From Gammaproteobacteria bacterium (GTDB lineage: Bacteria > Pseudomonadota > Gammaproteobacteria > SZUA-152), in assembly GCA_029882975.1 (NCBI GenBank), contig JAOUJW010000017.1, forward strand, positions 6,250 to 70,249: a DNA stretch of 64,000 nt, in the 5' to 3' direction. Every line of letters begins with the position of its first letter. Position 1 is the first letter of the stretch. A program made the position numbers and the translations under genes. Positions 8,579 to 18,615 of the stretch are shown here, piece by piece. The notes below the pieces were generated by a model, which was not told the DNA's origin, searched no databases, and saw nothing but the letters and a program-made list of their open reading frames with translations.

Positions 8579-11470
8579 TCAAGCGCGGCTTATGCGGCAT
8601 AAAGAAGCTTTTGTTTCCTGCATTTGAGTCACCGAGTCATACCCATAAGTAAACGCAGTATTGCAAGCCTCTCCCAATACATACGGATCGCTTCCTTTAG
8701 GGTACTTACTACGCAAATCCTTACCTTGGAAGTGACCACCAAAATGAAAGGGCAGCCAAACCACGCCTGGTACGACACCGTGCTGAGTTATTTTTGCTTT
8801 AACCTTGATTTTGCCTCCCTCCGGTCCTTCCACCCAAATCATGTCACCGGGGCGTATTCCATTGTTATTGGCATCGACAATATTAATTTCCGCAAACATA
8901 TCCTGTTGCAACTCAGCCAACCACGGGTTGGAGCGGGATTCGTCCCCACCCCCTTCGTACTCAACCAACCGTCCGCTGGTCATGATCAACGGATAGTCCT
9001 TGGAATAATCTTTCGCCTGTATGGATTGATAACGCACAGGTAAGCGGTAGAAAGATTTGCGATCTTCATAGGTGGGATACTTTTCCACTAAATCGCGCCG
9101 ATTGGTATACAGGGCCTCCCGGTGAATGGGAACAGGATCAGGAAAGGTCCACACAATACTGCGCGCCTTGGCATTACCAAACGGCGCACAACCGTGTTTT
9201 ATGGCCACTCTCTGGATGCCACCGGACAAATCTGTTTTCCAGTTTTTGCCTTCAGCCGATGCCTTTTCCGCGTCGGTCAGGTCCTTCCACCAACCCAGTT
9301 TTTTCAACATGTCAGCAGTGAATTCGGGGTATCCATCCTTAATCTCTGAGCCTTTGCTATAGGCTCCTTTTGCCAGTATATTGACGCCGTCGTGTTCCAC
9401 CCCAAAGCGTGCTCTAAAGGTCAATCCCCCTTTGGCTACGGGCTTGCTCATATCGTACAGATTGGGAGTACCCGGATGTCCCATTTCCGCCGTACCCCAA
9501 CAAGGCCATGGCAATCCAAAATATTCACCATTGCAAGGGCCACCCTGAGCTTCCAGCGAGGTATAATTAAAAGTATGCCAGTTCTGCTGCTGTTTTTTCA
9601 TGCGTTCGGGACTTTGTCCGGTGTAACCGATAGTCCACATACCTTTATTGAATTCCCGGGTGACATCTTCAATTAGAGGTTCTTCACCGTTTATTTTGAT
9701 GTTTTTAAACAATTGCTCGGAAAAACCCAGCTTTTTGGCAAACTTGTATATGATGGTGTGATCCGGCAAGGATTCAAACAAGGGATCAAATACCTTGTCT
9801 CGCCACTGCAAGGAACGATTGGAAGCGGTAACGGACCCATAGGTTTCAAACTGAGTCGCCGCGGGTAATAAATACACCCCGTCTTTGCGGTCGTGCATAA
9901 CTGCGCTGACGGTAGGATACGGATCTATCACCACCAGGAGATCAAGTTTTTCCTGAGCCTGCTTCATCTCCGGCCCTCGCACTTGGCTGTTTGGCGCATG
10001 GCCCCACATAAACACGGCCTTAAAATTGTCTTTTTGAGCAATCTTATCCTTATCTTCCAACACTCCATCTATCCAACGGGAAACTGGGATACCTTTGGTG
10101 TTCATGGGTTTAACCGGCTTACCCTTAGCTTCTTCGTAACTGCCTTGGTCAAAACGGGATGAAATCCATTCGTAGTCCAGATCCCAAACTTTACTCCAGT
10201 GTTTCCAAGCCCCTTCAGACAGTCCGTAATAACCCGGTAGCGAATGGCTCAAAACACAAAAATCCGTGGCACCTTGTACATTATCGTGGCCGCGAAAAAT
10301 ATTGGTTCCGCCTCCACTGACCCCCATATTTCCCAATGCCAATTGGAAGTTACAGTAAGCACGGGTATTGTTATTGCCAATCGTGTGTTGTGTTCCACCC
10401 ATACACCAGATAAACGTTCCGGGTCTATGATCCGCCATCAGTTTGGCTGCTTTCTTAACCAGGGCTTCGGGCACTCCTGTTACTTTCTCCACTTCGTCCG
10501 GCGTCCACTTCATGACTTCTTTTTGGATTTGATCCATGCCGTAGACACGCTGCTGAATAAATTTTTTATCTTCCCAGCCGTTTTTGAAAATATGCCACAT
10601 CATTCCCCAAACAATGGGCACATCGCTGCCAGGGCGTATTTGTAAAAACACATCGGCATGCGCCGCTGTCCTGGTGTAACGTGGATCAATAACAATCAAA
10701 GGCGCATTATTTCTTTCCTTGGCGCGGAAAATATGTTGCAAAGATACCGGGTGGGCTTCGGCGGGATTCCCGCCAATTATCAATATGGCTTTGCTATTGT
10801 GAATATCGTTGTAGGAGTTGGTCATGGCGCCGTAGCCCCATGTATTGGCTACGCCGGCTACGGTAGTGGAATGACAAATACGCGCCTGATGGTCCACATT
10901 GTTAGTGCCCCACATGGCCGCGAACTTGCGAAACAAGTAGGCCTGCTCGTTATTAAACTTCGCTGAACCCAGCCAAAATACCGAGTCCGGTCCCGACGTA
11001 TTACGAATTTCCAGTAATTTGTCGCCGATTTCATTGATAGCCTGATCCCATGAGACTTTAGTCCACTTTCCATTAACCAGTTTAGTGGGATACTTTAGAC
11101 GCCGTTCGCCATGGCCGTGCTCGCGTACGGAAGCACCCTTCGCACAATGTGCGCCGCGGTTAAAAGGATGATCAAAAGCCGGTTCCTGTCCCGTCCATAC
11201 ACCGTTTTCCACTTCAGCGTATATACCGCAACCCACCGAACAATGTGTACATATTGTTCGAACTGTTTTGCTTTCTCCGGATTTTTTGGCGGCCGCAGGA
11301 GACGCAGCCTGTGCGTTTTGCATCATACCTAAAGGCATACTACTGACTGCGGCCAGCCCACCTACGGAGAGTCCGGAGCGTTTGAGGAAATCGCGCCGAT
11401 TTAATGCCGTTGCGGTTTGTGTTGACCCGGAGCGCACTTGGGCTCCGGACGACTTCTTTACCAACTTCAT
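8579..11470 (-). CDS. fdhA: Formate dehydrogenase alpha subunit (molybdopterin/tungstopterin oxidoreductase), TAT-exported, Cys-type rather than Sec-type
   Basis: The ORF extends to 11506, but ATG 11470 has a strong AAGGAGG RBS 7 nt upstream. RRDFLKRSGL twin-arginine motif followed by a hydrophobic h-region and AQAA. Fe-S cluster motif CTHCSVGCG. QARICHSTTVAG, where Sec-type enzymes carry U (Cys here; no in-frame TGA anywhere in the gene). About 960 aa. Confidence 0.9.
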   Translation of the reverse strand: MKLVKKSSGAQVRSGSTQTATALNRRDFLKRSGLSVGGLAAVSSMPLGMMQNAQAASPAAAKKSGESKTVRTICTHCSVGCGIYAEVENGVWTGQEPAFDHPFNRGAHCAKGASVREHGHGERRLKYPTKLVNGKWTKVSWDQAINEIGDKLLEIRNTSGPDSVFWLGSAKFNNEQAYLFRKFAAMWGTNNVDHQARICHSTTVAGVANTWGYGAMTNSYNDIHNSKAILIIGGNPAEAHPVSLQHIFRAKERNNAPLIVIDPRYTRTAAHADVFLQIRPGSDVPIVWGMMWHIFKNGWEDKKFIQQRVYGMDQIQKEVMKWTPDEVEKVTGVPEALVKKAAKLMADHRPGTFIWCMGGTQHTIGNNNTRAYCNFQLALGNMGVSGGGTNIFRGHDNVQGATDFCVLSHSLPGYYGLSEGAWKHWSKVWDLDYEWISSRFDQGSYEEAKGKPVKPMNTKGIPVSRWIDGVLEDKDKIAQKDNFKAVFMWGHAPNSQVRGPEMKQAQEKLDLLVVIDPYPTVSAVMHDRKDGVYLLPAATQFETYGSVTASNRSLQWRDKVFDPLFESLPDHTIIYKFAKKLGFSEQLFKNIKINGEEPLIEDVTREFNKGMWTIGYTGQSPERMKKQQQNWHTFNYTSLEAQGGPCNGEYFGLPWPCWGTAEMGHPGTPNLYDMSKPVAKGGLTFRARFGVEHDGVNILAKGAYSKGSEIKDGYPEFTADMLKKLGWWKDLTDAEKASAEGKNWKTDLSGGIQRVAIKHGCAPFGNAKARSIVWTFPDPVPIHREALYTNRRDLVEKYPTYEDRKSFYRLPVRYQSIQAKDYSKDYPLIMTSGRLVEYEGGGDESRSNPWLAELQQDMFAEINIVDANNNGIRPGDMIWVEGPEGGKIKVKAKITQHGVVPGVVWLPFHFGGHFQGKDLRSKYPKGSDPYVLGEACNTAFTYGYDSVTQMQETKASLCRISRA

Positions 11471-11604
11471 GGACGGCCTCCTTGTTCGTGCACCGCACCC
11501 ATCCACCCTACTTCGGCTTACAGTGCAATGTGTTCAGAGTTTAACCTTGATACTTAATACACTTCTCCCTGCCTGCTGACTTTTGTTACTGTTGCAAAAC
11601 TGCC

Positions 11605-11856
11605 TTATTCGTTCAAACTATCATAGTAACGTTGCACGTGTTCGGTGAGTTGATAACCCTTGGAAGTCGGAGGATCGATTTTCGCCTGGACGGGCGCCTT
11701 CCTGTTGTTGTCATTGCCCAGTAAGCGAGCGGAAGCTGCACTGACAGCGGTAGCACCACCGACGGCAACCATTCCTGCCAAAAACGCGCGGCGTTGTTGT
11801 TCTTTGGATTGAGGCGTTGACGGCGTTGCAGATTTTGAAGACTGACGTTTTCCCAT
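11605..11856 (-). CDS. Small TAT-signal protein of the 'formate dehydrogenase region TAT target' type
   Basis: 83 aa. QQRRAFLAGMVAVGGATAVSAASA twin-arginine signal. C-terminal …GYQLTEHVQRYY… motif, which I recall as typical of the small proteins encoded just upstream of FDH alpha genes. Confidence 0.6.
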   Translation of the reverse strand: MGKRQSSKSATPSTPQSKEQQRRAFLAGMVAVGGATAVSAASARLLGNDNNRKAPVQAKIDPPTSKGYQLTEHVQRYYDSLNE

Positions 11857-11971
11857 TTTGCGCTCCTTGTTAGCCCAAGCCTGGTTTCATTGTGTTACCA
11901 AGGCACAGCTTAAAACGAATGTCGTGACCCACATTGAAGTATTCAACCAAGTCGATCACTGGGGTAGTACT

Positions 11972-12637
11972 CTATGGTGGGTAATCAAACCACTGCTGTT
12001 CTATCAGCATGAATTGCCGGCCGACATCCGCCACCGCTTGATAAAATTCTGATGATTCCGCCTCTCTCAAATCGTCAAAAAATCGGCGCATCCATGACAG
12101 TACAAATGTCTCAACAAACTCCTGTTCTTGCTTAAAGGATAGTCTAGATTCTGTGATTATCACACTCATTGTTTCACAAAGTGCGGCCACATGGTCCTCC
12201 GGTTCATTTACCCCCTGCTGACGAGATAAACCCATTTCCTGCAGCCTGTTGCGCAAACGTGCCAAAGGTTTCTCCATAAGAAAACCGGTCAAATACCACG
12301 ATGCGTAGGGAAGCAATTCGCCTCGCCCTAAACCAATAAACAGGGCAAAATATTCTGCTTCAATTTGCTCGGCACTATGCGCCTCTGCAGCCTGTACTAA
12401 ATTGTTCCACGCAGCATTCATGGCGGAGCTTGTCGCGGAGTTTTTTGATGCGTTCTCAACGTCGTTTGCGTGCAACGCCCGAACGGTCGCTAACAAAGCC
12501 GGTGTAGGCGGTGACACCAATAAGGCCGCCAACAGTCTGTACACACCGGCCCTGACCAAATGTTCAGACCCCGGCGTCTTTGATGGCTGCTCTGATCCAG
12601 CCGCAGAGCTTGACTCTACTATCATCTCTTCTGTCAT
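11972..12637 (-). CDS. TorD/DmsD-family redox-enzyme maturation chaperone (FDH-specific)
   Basis: 221 aa. The central …EYFALFIG…LPYASWY… matches the TorD-family E(Y/F)xxLF signature. Sits inside the FDH operon; its stop overlaps the upstream ferredoxin gene. Confidence 0.65.
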   Translation of the reverse strand: MTEEMIVESSSAAGSEQPSKTPGSEHLVRAGVYRLLAALLVSPPTPALLATVRALHANDVENASKNSATSSAMNAAWNNLVQAAEAHSAEQIEAEYFALFIGLGRGELLPYASWYLTGFLMEKPLARLRNRLQEMGLSRQQGVNEPEDHVAALCETMSVIITESRLSFKQEQEFVETFVLSWMRRFFDDLREAESSEFYQAVADVGRQFMLIEQQWFDYPP

Positions 12638-14343
12638 GGGACTTCCCGGCTCATGCCCAGTTCTTCTTCAAACATATCCTTAACGCGGCAATCTTCACAC
12701 ATTTTCAGGCGCTGTAAGGCCTGTCCTTGAAACATGGCATGCTGCTTTAACTTTAAGGTCATCTGCTCAATGATGCGTTGGCTGGCAAAGGCTTTCCCGC
12801 ATTTGATGCATAAGAAAGGCTCCTCTTCGTTCAAAATTCGCTTGCTCTCCCGTTGGGCTCGATCAAACAAATAACGCGGCGACGGACCGATTGCGTCCTC
12901 AGGACATGTGCGGGCACATAGGCCGCATTGAACGCAATCGGCCTCCACAAACTTAATTACCGGATGATCCGATGCCGCAATCAGGGCGTTGCCTGGACAC
13001 TGCCAGACGCACGCCATACAGAAGGTACAACGATTCTTATCCAGCCAAACTTCGCCAAATGGTGAACCAATCGGTAATGATACCAAGGGTCTGGGTGTTG
13101 TTGCATTTTGGTACAAATGGTCCAAAGCTCTGTGCAAGACTTCTCGTTTGCTGTTGCTGCTGAAAAACTCCGCCGGGTTTAGCGCCTTGTTCTCCGGTTC
13201 GGCGGCACACAATGCCGCCCAGCCCGATTCATCCATTTTATATTGTAAAACCGAGTCATCAGAATAACCCAGAGAATGCAGCAGGGTTCCCATAATCAGT
13301 AGTTGATTATCAAGCTCTTTTAATACCGATGCGGCGGTATGTGGTGTTGCCAGTAGTACCACTTGAACCGCGCCGTAGGCCAAAGCCGCCAGACACACAT
13401 CCATTCCCACGACACCCAATTCTTCTATTTCCAGAGGAATCATGTTTTCCGGCCAGTGACCCACTACTTTATTGAGCGTTTCCTGACCGACTTCGGTATC
13501 GTAAAAAATCAAACGAGGATTTTCTCCTCCATGACGACGATACGCTTCTAATGCGGTATGTACCCGCAGCAGCTGATCTTCCAGACTGGGATAGGTATAA
13601 CGAATCGCACCGGTAGGACAGGCCGAGGCACAACTTCCCGCCCCCTGACACAAATAAGGATCCACGTGAATGCCATTACCTAGAGTGGAAATCGCGTTAG
13701 CGGGACATACGTTGATGCATTGCGTACACGCTGTAATTCCGCTACGGCTGTGAGCGCAAATTTCCGGGTCGTAGTTAAAATACTTTGGCTTCTCGAATTC
13801 ACCTACCATTTCACACACCCTATCCAATACTGCATCAGAATAGGCTGCTAACTTAGTGTATCCCTGCGGTGGTAACTGGGCGATAAAAAATTCCCGATCG
13901 CTCAAATCAACAACCAAGTCTACTGTTGCTTCGCTGGTTAATAAGTCCTGTAGACCAAACGAACCTTTAGGGGTGGAAAACGTGAATTGAAACCGCCCCA
14001 AGTATCCAACCAATCGAAGATCGCTGCAGAGAAAACTTTTTTCCAACACGGTTTTGCTTCGATTATAGTGAGTGACGCTGATAGTCTCCCTGTCAGAGGA
14101 GCTTTCGACGCCAAGCAAAGTGCAATGCAAGCCACCTTGGACCAACTTGTCCACCACCGCCTCTAACAGCGCGCTATCGGTTTGGTGTTTATCCGACAGC
14201 ACCACTACCCAACCGCGTGATACATATTCAACTACCGTGGCTGCTTGACTCTGCAATTGCGCCACGGCCGTCAGAGAGTGCTGTAATGGCTTATCTTGGT
14301 AGGTGCGTTCAAGCACATCATTAAAAGGTTCTATTTCAAGCAT
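12634..14343 (-). CDS. Poly-ferredoxin: large 4Fe-4S cluster-binding protein with a ~190-aa Cys-free N-terminal domain
   Basis: 569 aa. Five CxxCxxCxxxCP-type motifs (CTQCINVCP, CQGAGSCASACP, CTFCMACVWQCP, CVQCGLCARTCP, CIKCGKAF…CEDC). Overlaps neighbours on both sides, indicating translational coupling. Confidence 0.8.
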   Translation of the reverse strand: MLEIEPFNDVLERTYQDKPLQHSLTAVAQLQSQAATVVEYVSRGWVVVLSDKHQTDSALLEAVVDKLVQGGLHCTLLGVESSSDRETISVTHYNRSKTVLEKSFLCSDLRLVGYLGRFQFTFSTPKGSFGLQDLLTSEATVDLVVDLSDREFFIAQLPPQGYTKLAAYSDAVLDRVCEMVGEFEKPKYFNYDPEICAHSRSGITACTQCINVCPANAISTLGNGIHVDPYLCQGAGSCASACPTGAIRYTYPSLEDQLLRVHTALEAYRRHGGENPRLIFYDTEVGQETLNKVVGHWPENMIPLEIEELGVVGMDVCLAALAYGAVQVVLLATPHTAASVLKELDNQLLIMGTLLHSLGYSDDSVLQYKMDESGWAALCAAEPENKALNPAEFFSSNSKREVLHRALDHLYQNATTPRPLVSLPIGSPFGEVWLDKNRCTFCMACVWQCPGNALIAASDHPVIKFVEADCVQCGLCARTCPEDAIGPSPRYLFDRAQRESKRILNEEEPFLCIKCGKAFASQRIIEQMTLKLKQHAMFQGQALQRLKMCEDCRVKDMFEEELGMSREVP

Positions 14344-15022
14344 CAGTTTTTTGAATTAACTCCACTTTGTTGACAGGGTCTACATCATCTTCAGATACAC
14401 TTGGAGCAAGCAATTCCACCGGATCTTGTAATTCCTCCCGGTCCTCGTCTGCCGGGTCTTCCCGGGTTTCCTCGTCCCGAATTTTCGCTTCTTGTTCCTG
14501 AGACTTAGCCTCATCCTCTTTTCGTTTGGATTCAAACCGCAATCTCTCTCTCATTTCCCATGGAATCACATCCCCCAAGGGGGCAAACTGGGTATAATCT
14601 TCATCGTAATCGTTGAGACCGTCTGTCACATTAAACACCGGCATGGCAAATAATTTTCGCAAGGCACGGCGACGCAATGGTTCACTGACTTTCGGTGACA
14701 TAAAACCACTGTAATCTGAATGCTCACCAAGACTCTCGATATCCGGCATATCCGCATCGCTCGGTTCTTCGGGCAGCTCTGATTGGGATAGCTCTGATTG
14801 GGATAGCTCTGATTGTGAGAGCGCTGACAAAGCGGGCTCCCCTGATGACACCTCGGCTGCATGAATATCGGTGCTTGCCCTTAACCCGGCATTCGCCTTT
14901 GTTGGTAGCGGCTCTTTTGGCGTCAATTGTTGATGATGCGATTTGCGCCGACTCCAACGCCTCAGAAAATCCTCTTCCACGTCATCCGGAGGGTCTATGT
15001 CAGACTGGGGTACATCTTTCAT
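14336..15022 (-). CDS. DUF3306-like protein with coding 15-bp tandem repeat
   Basis: 228 aa. The N-terminal …DVEEDFLRRWSRRKS… resembles the FLxRWSRRK signature I associate with DUF3306 proteins encoded next to molybdopterin oxidoreductases. Acidic, low complexity. SQSELSQSELSQSEL is encoded by three 15-bp tandem units. Confidence 0.5.
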   Translation of the reverse strand: MKDVPQSDIDPPDDVEEDFLRRWSRRKSHHQQLTPKEPLPTKANAGLRASTDIHAAEVSSGEPALSALSQSELSQSELSQSELPEEPSDADMPDIESLGEHSDYSGFMSPKVSEPLRRRALRKLFAMPVFNVTDGLNDYDEDYTQFAPLGDVIPWEMRERLRFESKRKEDEAKSQEQEAKIRDEETREDPADEDREELQDPVELLAPSVSEDDVDPVNKVELIQKTDA

Positions 15023-15639
15023 TCACTGCCGGCCTCACTCCAGTTTTTTCGTCGCCGCTTTTTACGCTGCGTGGGTATGTAATTTTCAAGCACAAATTGT
15101 TCGAGCAACAAGTACAATTCCGGCGGCATACTGACAGAAAACACTTGTTCATCGACTTCCATATAAGAAGCCGCTTCATCGTAACTTAAGGTAACCAGAA
15201 AAGGAGGGATAGGGCCGTCATTGATTTCCGCGGTATTCTCTGTAGTTTCACTGTGACAAATGACGAATACCTTAGGTGTTTCTGACATGAGATTGTGATA
15301 GTAACTATCGGCATCATCGGTATAAAGGGAAATACTGAGACCGGCACATAGATATTGAGATTGAGGGGAATCATTACGTAATGCGCGGGAGTCGTCTCCG
15401 GACACTGAATGGTAGTCGGCGTTACTGTTACTACTACCGTTTGCACTTGCACCAGCACTGTTGTCACTGTTTCCGGAGTGTTTCATTGAGTCGAGATGTT
15501 CGCCGACCAGTACCGCTCCCGCTTCCCACTGCCCGGACGACCAGGGGCTGGCGGATACCCGGTAATCCATAACAACACACACGGGTATGGCCTTCCGGCT
15601 TTCTGGGGAGATTTGGGGACTGGTCGTATTGTAGATCAA
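15019..15639 (-). CDS. DUF3305-like protein, first gene of the FDH operon
   Basis: 206 aa, translationally coupled to the DUF3306-like gene. Ser/Asn/Gly-rich centre. The family assignment rests mainly on gene context. Confidence 0.4.
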   Translation of the reverse strand: MIYNTTSPQISPESRKAIPVCVVMDYRVSASPWSSGQWEAGAVLVGEHLDSMKHSGNSDNSAGASANGSSNSNADYHSVSGDDSRALRNDSPQSQYLCAGLSISLYTDDADSYYHNLMSETPKVFVICHSETTENTAEINDGPIPPFLVTLSYDEAASYMEVDEQVFSVSMPPELYLLLEQFVLENYIPTQRKKRRRKNWSEAGSE

Positions 15640-15712
15640 TTTTTAATCCACTCTTTTGTAAGACGCGTCTAAAATCAGTATAGGAGTAATTTCCGGGAAT
15701 GAAAGTTTTTTG

Positions 15713-15728
15713 TGGATTTACAAATCCA
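15713..15728. promoter_or_regulatory. Perfect 16-bp palindrome TGGATTTACAAATCCA (5-N6-5, CRP/FNR-like architecture) in the divergent FDH / moaA promoter region
   Basis: Read directly: tggattt ac aaatcca, arms exact. About 75 bp from the DUF3305-like start and 64 bp from the moaA start. A second small palindrome, AGACGCGTCT, is at 15661-15670. Confidence 0.4.
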
Positions 15729-15791
15729 ACAGCATGTGCTTAGCTTAAATAAATGACGCATTGGCTTTCTCAATGAACTGACCGGTATGAA

Positions 15792-16808
15792 ATGGGTACA
15801 ACTCCATCTATAGCCTCACCCAAACCGCTGCAGGACCGATTCGGACGCCACATCAACTATCTCCGTGTCTCTGTCACTGACCGATGTGATTTTCGCTGTA
15901 TTTACTGTATGAACGAAAAAACTCAATTCACGCCTCGCAGTTGTATTCTAACGTTGGAGGAAATTGCGTTTATCATTCAGGCATTTTCGCTACTGGGCGT
16001 AAGTAAAGTGCGCATTACGGGAGGCGAACCTTTGGTTCGCAACAATCTCTCCTGGTTAATAAAGGAAATCCAAACCTTTCCCGAACTTAAAGAAACCGTA
16101 TTAACCACCAATGGCTCACAATTACAGCGATTGGCACCGGAACTGCGACAAGCGGGCATAAAACGAATCAATATCAGCCTGGATACCCTGCGTCCGGAAC
16201 GCTTCAAAAAAATCAGCCGTATCGGTCATTTAGAGACTGTGTTGCACGGGATAGAAACCTGCAAACAACTGGGGTTCCAACGCTTACGCCTTAACACCGT
16301 CATCATGAAAAATATTAACCATGATGAAATCCTGGATTTGGTGCACTTTGCAATTCAACAAAAAATCGATATTGCCTTTATAGAAGAAATGCCCCTAGGC
16401 AATCTGGAGGAACGCAATCGCGCGGATACCTTCTACAGCAATTCACAGATTAAGCAGGATTTAGAACAAAGGTTTACTCTACACACGTCCACGGCATCCA
16501 GCGGCGGTCCGGCAAAATATTTTCAGATTGAAAACAGCAACAGCAAAGTAGGATTTATCTCTCCTCACAGTCATAATTTTTGTCAACAATGCAACCGGGT
16601 GCGCCTGACTACGGATGGACGCCTGCTTTTATGTCTGGGTCAGGAGCATTCGGTGGATTTGAAAGCCATTGTACGTGCTCATCCGGGACGAATGGATGTG
16701 CTGCAAAAAGCCATTGTGGCTGCTATGGCCGTTAAACCGTTTGGACATGAATTCAATTTAAACCAACCGGTTGTTATTTCCCGCCATATGAATGTTTCCG
16801 GTGGTTAG
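15792..16808 (+). CDS. moaA: GTP 3',8-cyclase MoaA (molybdenum cofactor biosynthesis, radical SAM)
   Basis: 338 aa. …INYLRVSVTDRCDFRCIYCM… (CxxxCxxC radical-SAM motif). C-terminal CQQCNRVRLTTDGRL auxiliary cluster motif. Confidence 0.9.
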   Translation: MGTTPSIASPKPLQDRFGRHINYLRVSVTDRCDFRCIYCMNEKTQFTPRSCILTLEEIAFIIQAFSLLGVSKVRITGGEPLVRNNLSWLIKEIQTFPELKETVLTTNGSQLQRLAPELRQAGIKRINISLDTLRPERFKKISRIGHLETVLHGIETCKQLGFQRLRLNTVIMKNINHDEILDLVHFAIQQKIDIAFIEEMPLGNLEERNRADTFYSNSQIKQDLEQRFTLHTSTASSGGPAKYFQIENSNSKVGFISPHSHNFCQQCNRVRLTTDGRLLLCLGQEHSVDLKAIVRAHPGRMDVLQKAIVAAMAVKPFGHEFNLNQPVVISRHMNVSGG

Positions 16809-16811
16809 TCC

Positions 16812-17681
16812 ATGACGGTCTCCAGAAAAAACCGTAAACCCCAATTGAGCCAGTCCGGCCTCAGTCCAACTCACTGCGTACAAGCAATGGACGAGCAAGG
16901 AGATTTTCGGGAAGTCCAGGTTGCGGGTGAATCACCTTTGACACTGTATGTAGATGGCAAAGAAATTGTCACCTTGATGACTCTGGGGACCCACCCGGAA
17001 GCCTTGGCCTTGGGGTATTTGCGCACGCAACGGTTTATTGAGCGCCTGGAACAAATCAAGTCAGTGGACGTTAACTGGGACACCGAGTCGGCCCATGTGT
17101 GCACCTGGGATGGTGTTGATGGCTGGGATGAAAAACTGAAAAAACGCACAGTTACCACAGGCTGCGGACAGGGTACGGTTTTTAGCTGTACTCTGGACAA
17201 GCTTTACAACACCAGACTGCCCCGAGTCAGCATTCATCAAAGCCGGATTTATTTCTTGTTGGAAAACATTCGAAGTCATAATGAAATCTATAAACGCGCC
17301 GGCGCTGTACACGGTTGTGGATTATGCACCAATGGCCAAGTTTCTTTGTTCGTAGAAGATGTGGGTCGTCATAATGCCGCCGACGCCATTGCCGGATATA
17401 TGTGGTTAGACGATATCCCGGGAGACGATAAAGTCTTTTATACAACCGGTCGTTTGACTTCGGAGATTGTCATGAAAGTCGCACTGATGCAAATCCCCAT
17501 ATTGTTATCACGTTCCGGTGTTACCCAAATGGGTTTGGAATTGGCGCAGGAGCTGGGCGTTACAATGATTGCCCGGGCCAAAGGAAAGCACTTCTTAGTT
17601 TATAATGGTAAGGAGAATATGATATTGGATCAAACCAAAGCATCCGCGACCAACACCCAACACGCGCCACACCCGGCCTAA
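16812..17681 (+). CDS. fdhD: Formate dehydrogenase accessory sulfurtransferase FdhD
   Basis: 289 aa. …TGCGQGTVFSC…, …AVHGCGLCTNG…, …EDVGRHNAADAIAGY… (the GRHN motif and Cys-containing loop of FdhD). Confidence 0.85.
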   Translation: MTVSRKNRKPQLSQSGLSPTHCVQAMDEQGDFREVQVAGESPLTLYVDGKEIVTLMTLGTHPEALALGYLRTQRFIERLEQIKSVDVNWDTESAHVCTWDGVDGWDEKLKKRTVTTGCGQGTVFSCTLDKLYNTRLPRVSIHQSRIYFLLENIRSHNEIYKRAGAVHGCGLCTNGQVSLFVEDVGRHNAADAIAGYMWLDDIPGDDKVFYTTGRLTSEIVMKVALMQIPILLSRSGVTQMGLELAQELGVTMIARAKGKHFLVYNGKENMILDQTKASATNTQHAPHPA

Positions 17682-17707
17682 CAGTTATAATAACGATTGG
17701 GGGAACT

Positions 17708-18610
17708 ATGTGTTGTGAAAGCAATCACTCGACTACAATAAAACAACCCGACGTTTTATTTTCCACAAGCGCTTTGCGCATACTTGCAGCTATCTTGTGC
17801 ATATGGTTGCTTATTCCTGTGAGTATGGCTGAAACTCCGAAATCCGATTCTGTGATCCGCTTGGCTACCACCACGAGCACTGACAGTTCCGGTCTGTTAA
17901 AACATCTGATACCATCTTATCAGTCCGAAACCAATGATATTGTTCATGTCATCGCTGTGGGTACCGGTAAAGCCTTGCGTTTGTTACGCGAAGGTGATGT
18001 GGATGTGGTTTTGGTCCATGCCCGCTCGGCCGAAGAGCGTTTAATACAGGAAGGTTACGGCGTTAACCGCAAGGATGTCATGTACAATGATTTCGTTATT
18101 GTCGGTCCCCGGCATGATCCGGCCCAAATTCGCGCTAACCCCAATGCCGCACAAGCCTTACGGCAAATCATGATGGGAAAACACGCGTTTATTTCACGTG
18201 GCGACGACTCCGGCACCCATAAAAAGGAAACGTCTCTATGGAAGCAACTGGGTTTAACCCCGGTCGGACGCTGGTATCGTGAAGCCGGTCAAGGCATGGG
18301 TCGCGTACTGCAGATGGCAAGTGAATTGGATGCCTACACACTGACCGATCGCGGCACGTGGTTAGCCTACCTGGCAAAGAGTCCGCTGGAAATCCTGGTA
18401 CAGGGAGACCAACACCTGTTCAATCCCTATGGTATTATTGCGGTAAATCCGCAAAAATACCCTGATGCCAACTACAAAGGCGCGAACCGGTTTATCCGCT
18501 GGATTACATCGCTTAAAGGGCAACAAATGATCGGAAGGTTTGCCATTAACGGAAAGCAACTGTTTATACCGATGGCCATGACCCAAAGAGCCCAAGTCAG
18601 TGAGCCATAA
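17708..18610 (+). CDS. tupA: Tungstate/molybdate ABC transporter periplasmic binding protein (TupA-like)
   Basis: 300 aa. Signal peptide (…ILCIWLLIPVSMA). …RLATTTSTDSSGLLKHLIP… matches the TTTSTxDSGL anion-binding signature I recall for TupA. GGGGGAA RBS 7 nt upstream. Confidence 0.6.
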   Translation: MCCESNHSTTIKQPDVLFSTSALRILAAILCIWLLIPVSMAETPKSDSVIRLATTTSTDSSGLLKHLIPSYQSETNDIVHVIAVGTGKALRLLREGDVDVVLVHARSAEERLIQEGYGVNRKDVMYNDFVIVGPRHDPAQIRANPNAAQALRQIMMGKHAFISRGDDSGTHKKETSLWKQLGLTPVGRWYREAGQGMGRVLQMASELDAYTLTDRGTWLAYLAKSPLEILVQGDQHLFNPYGIIAVNPQKYPDANYKGANRFIRWITSLKGQQMIGRFAINGKQLFIPMAMTQRAQVSEP

Positions 18611-18615
18611 GCTTC

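Noticed and set aside
8579-11470. Possible selenocysteine (TGA) in the FDH alpha subunit
   Set aside because: The frame is uninterrupted and the active-site position reads Cys (QARICHSTT), so this is a Cys-type enzyme. No SECIS-like need arises.
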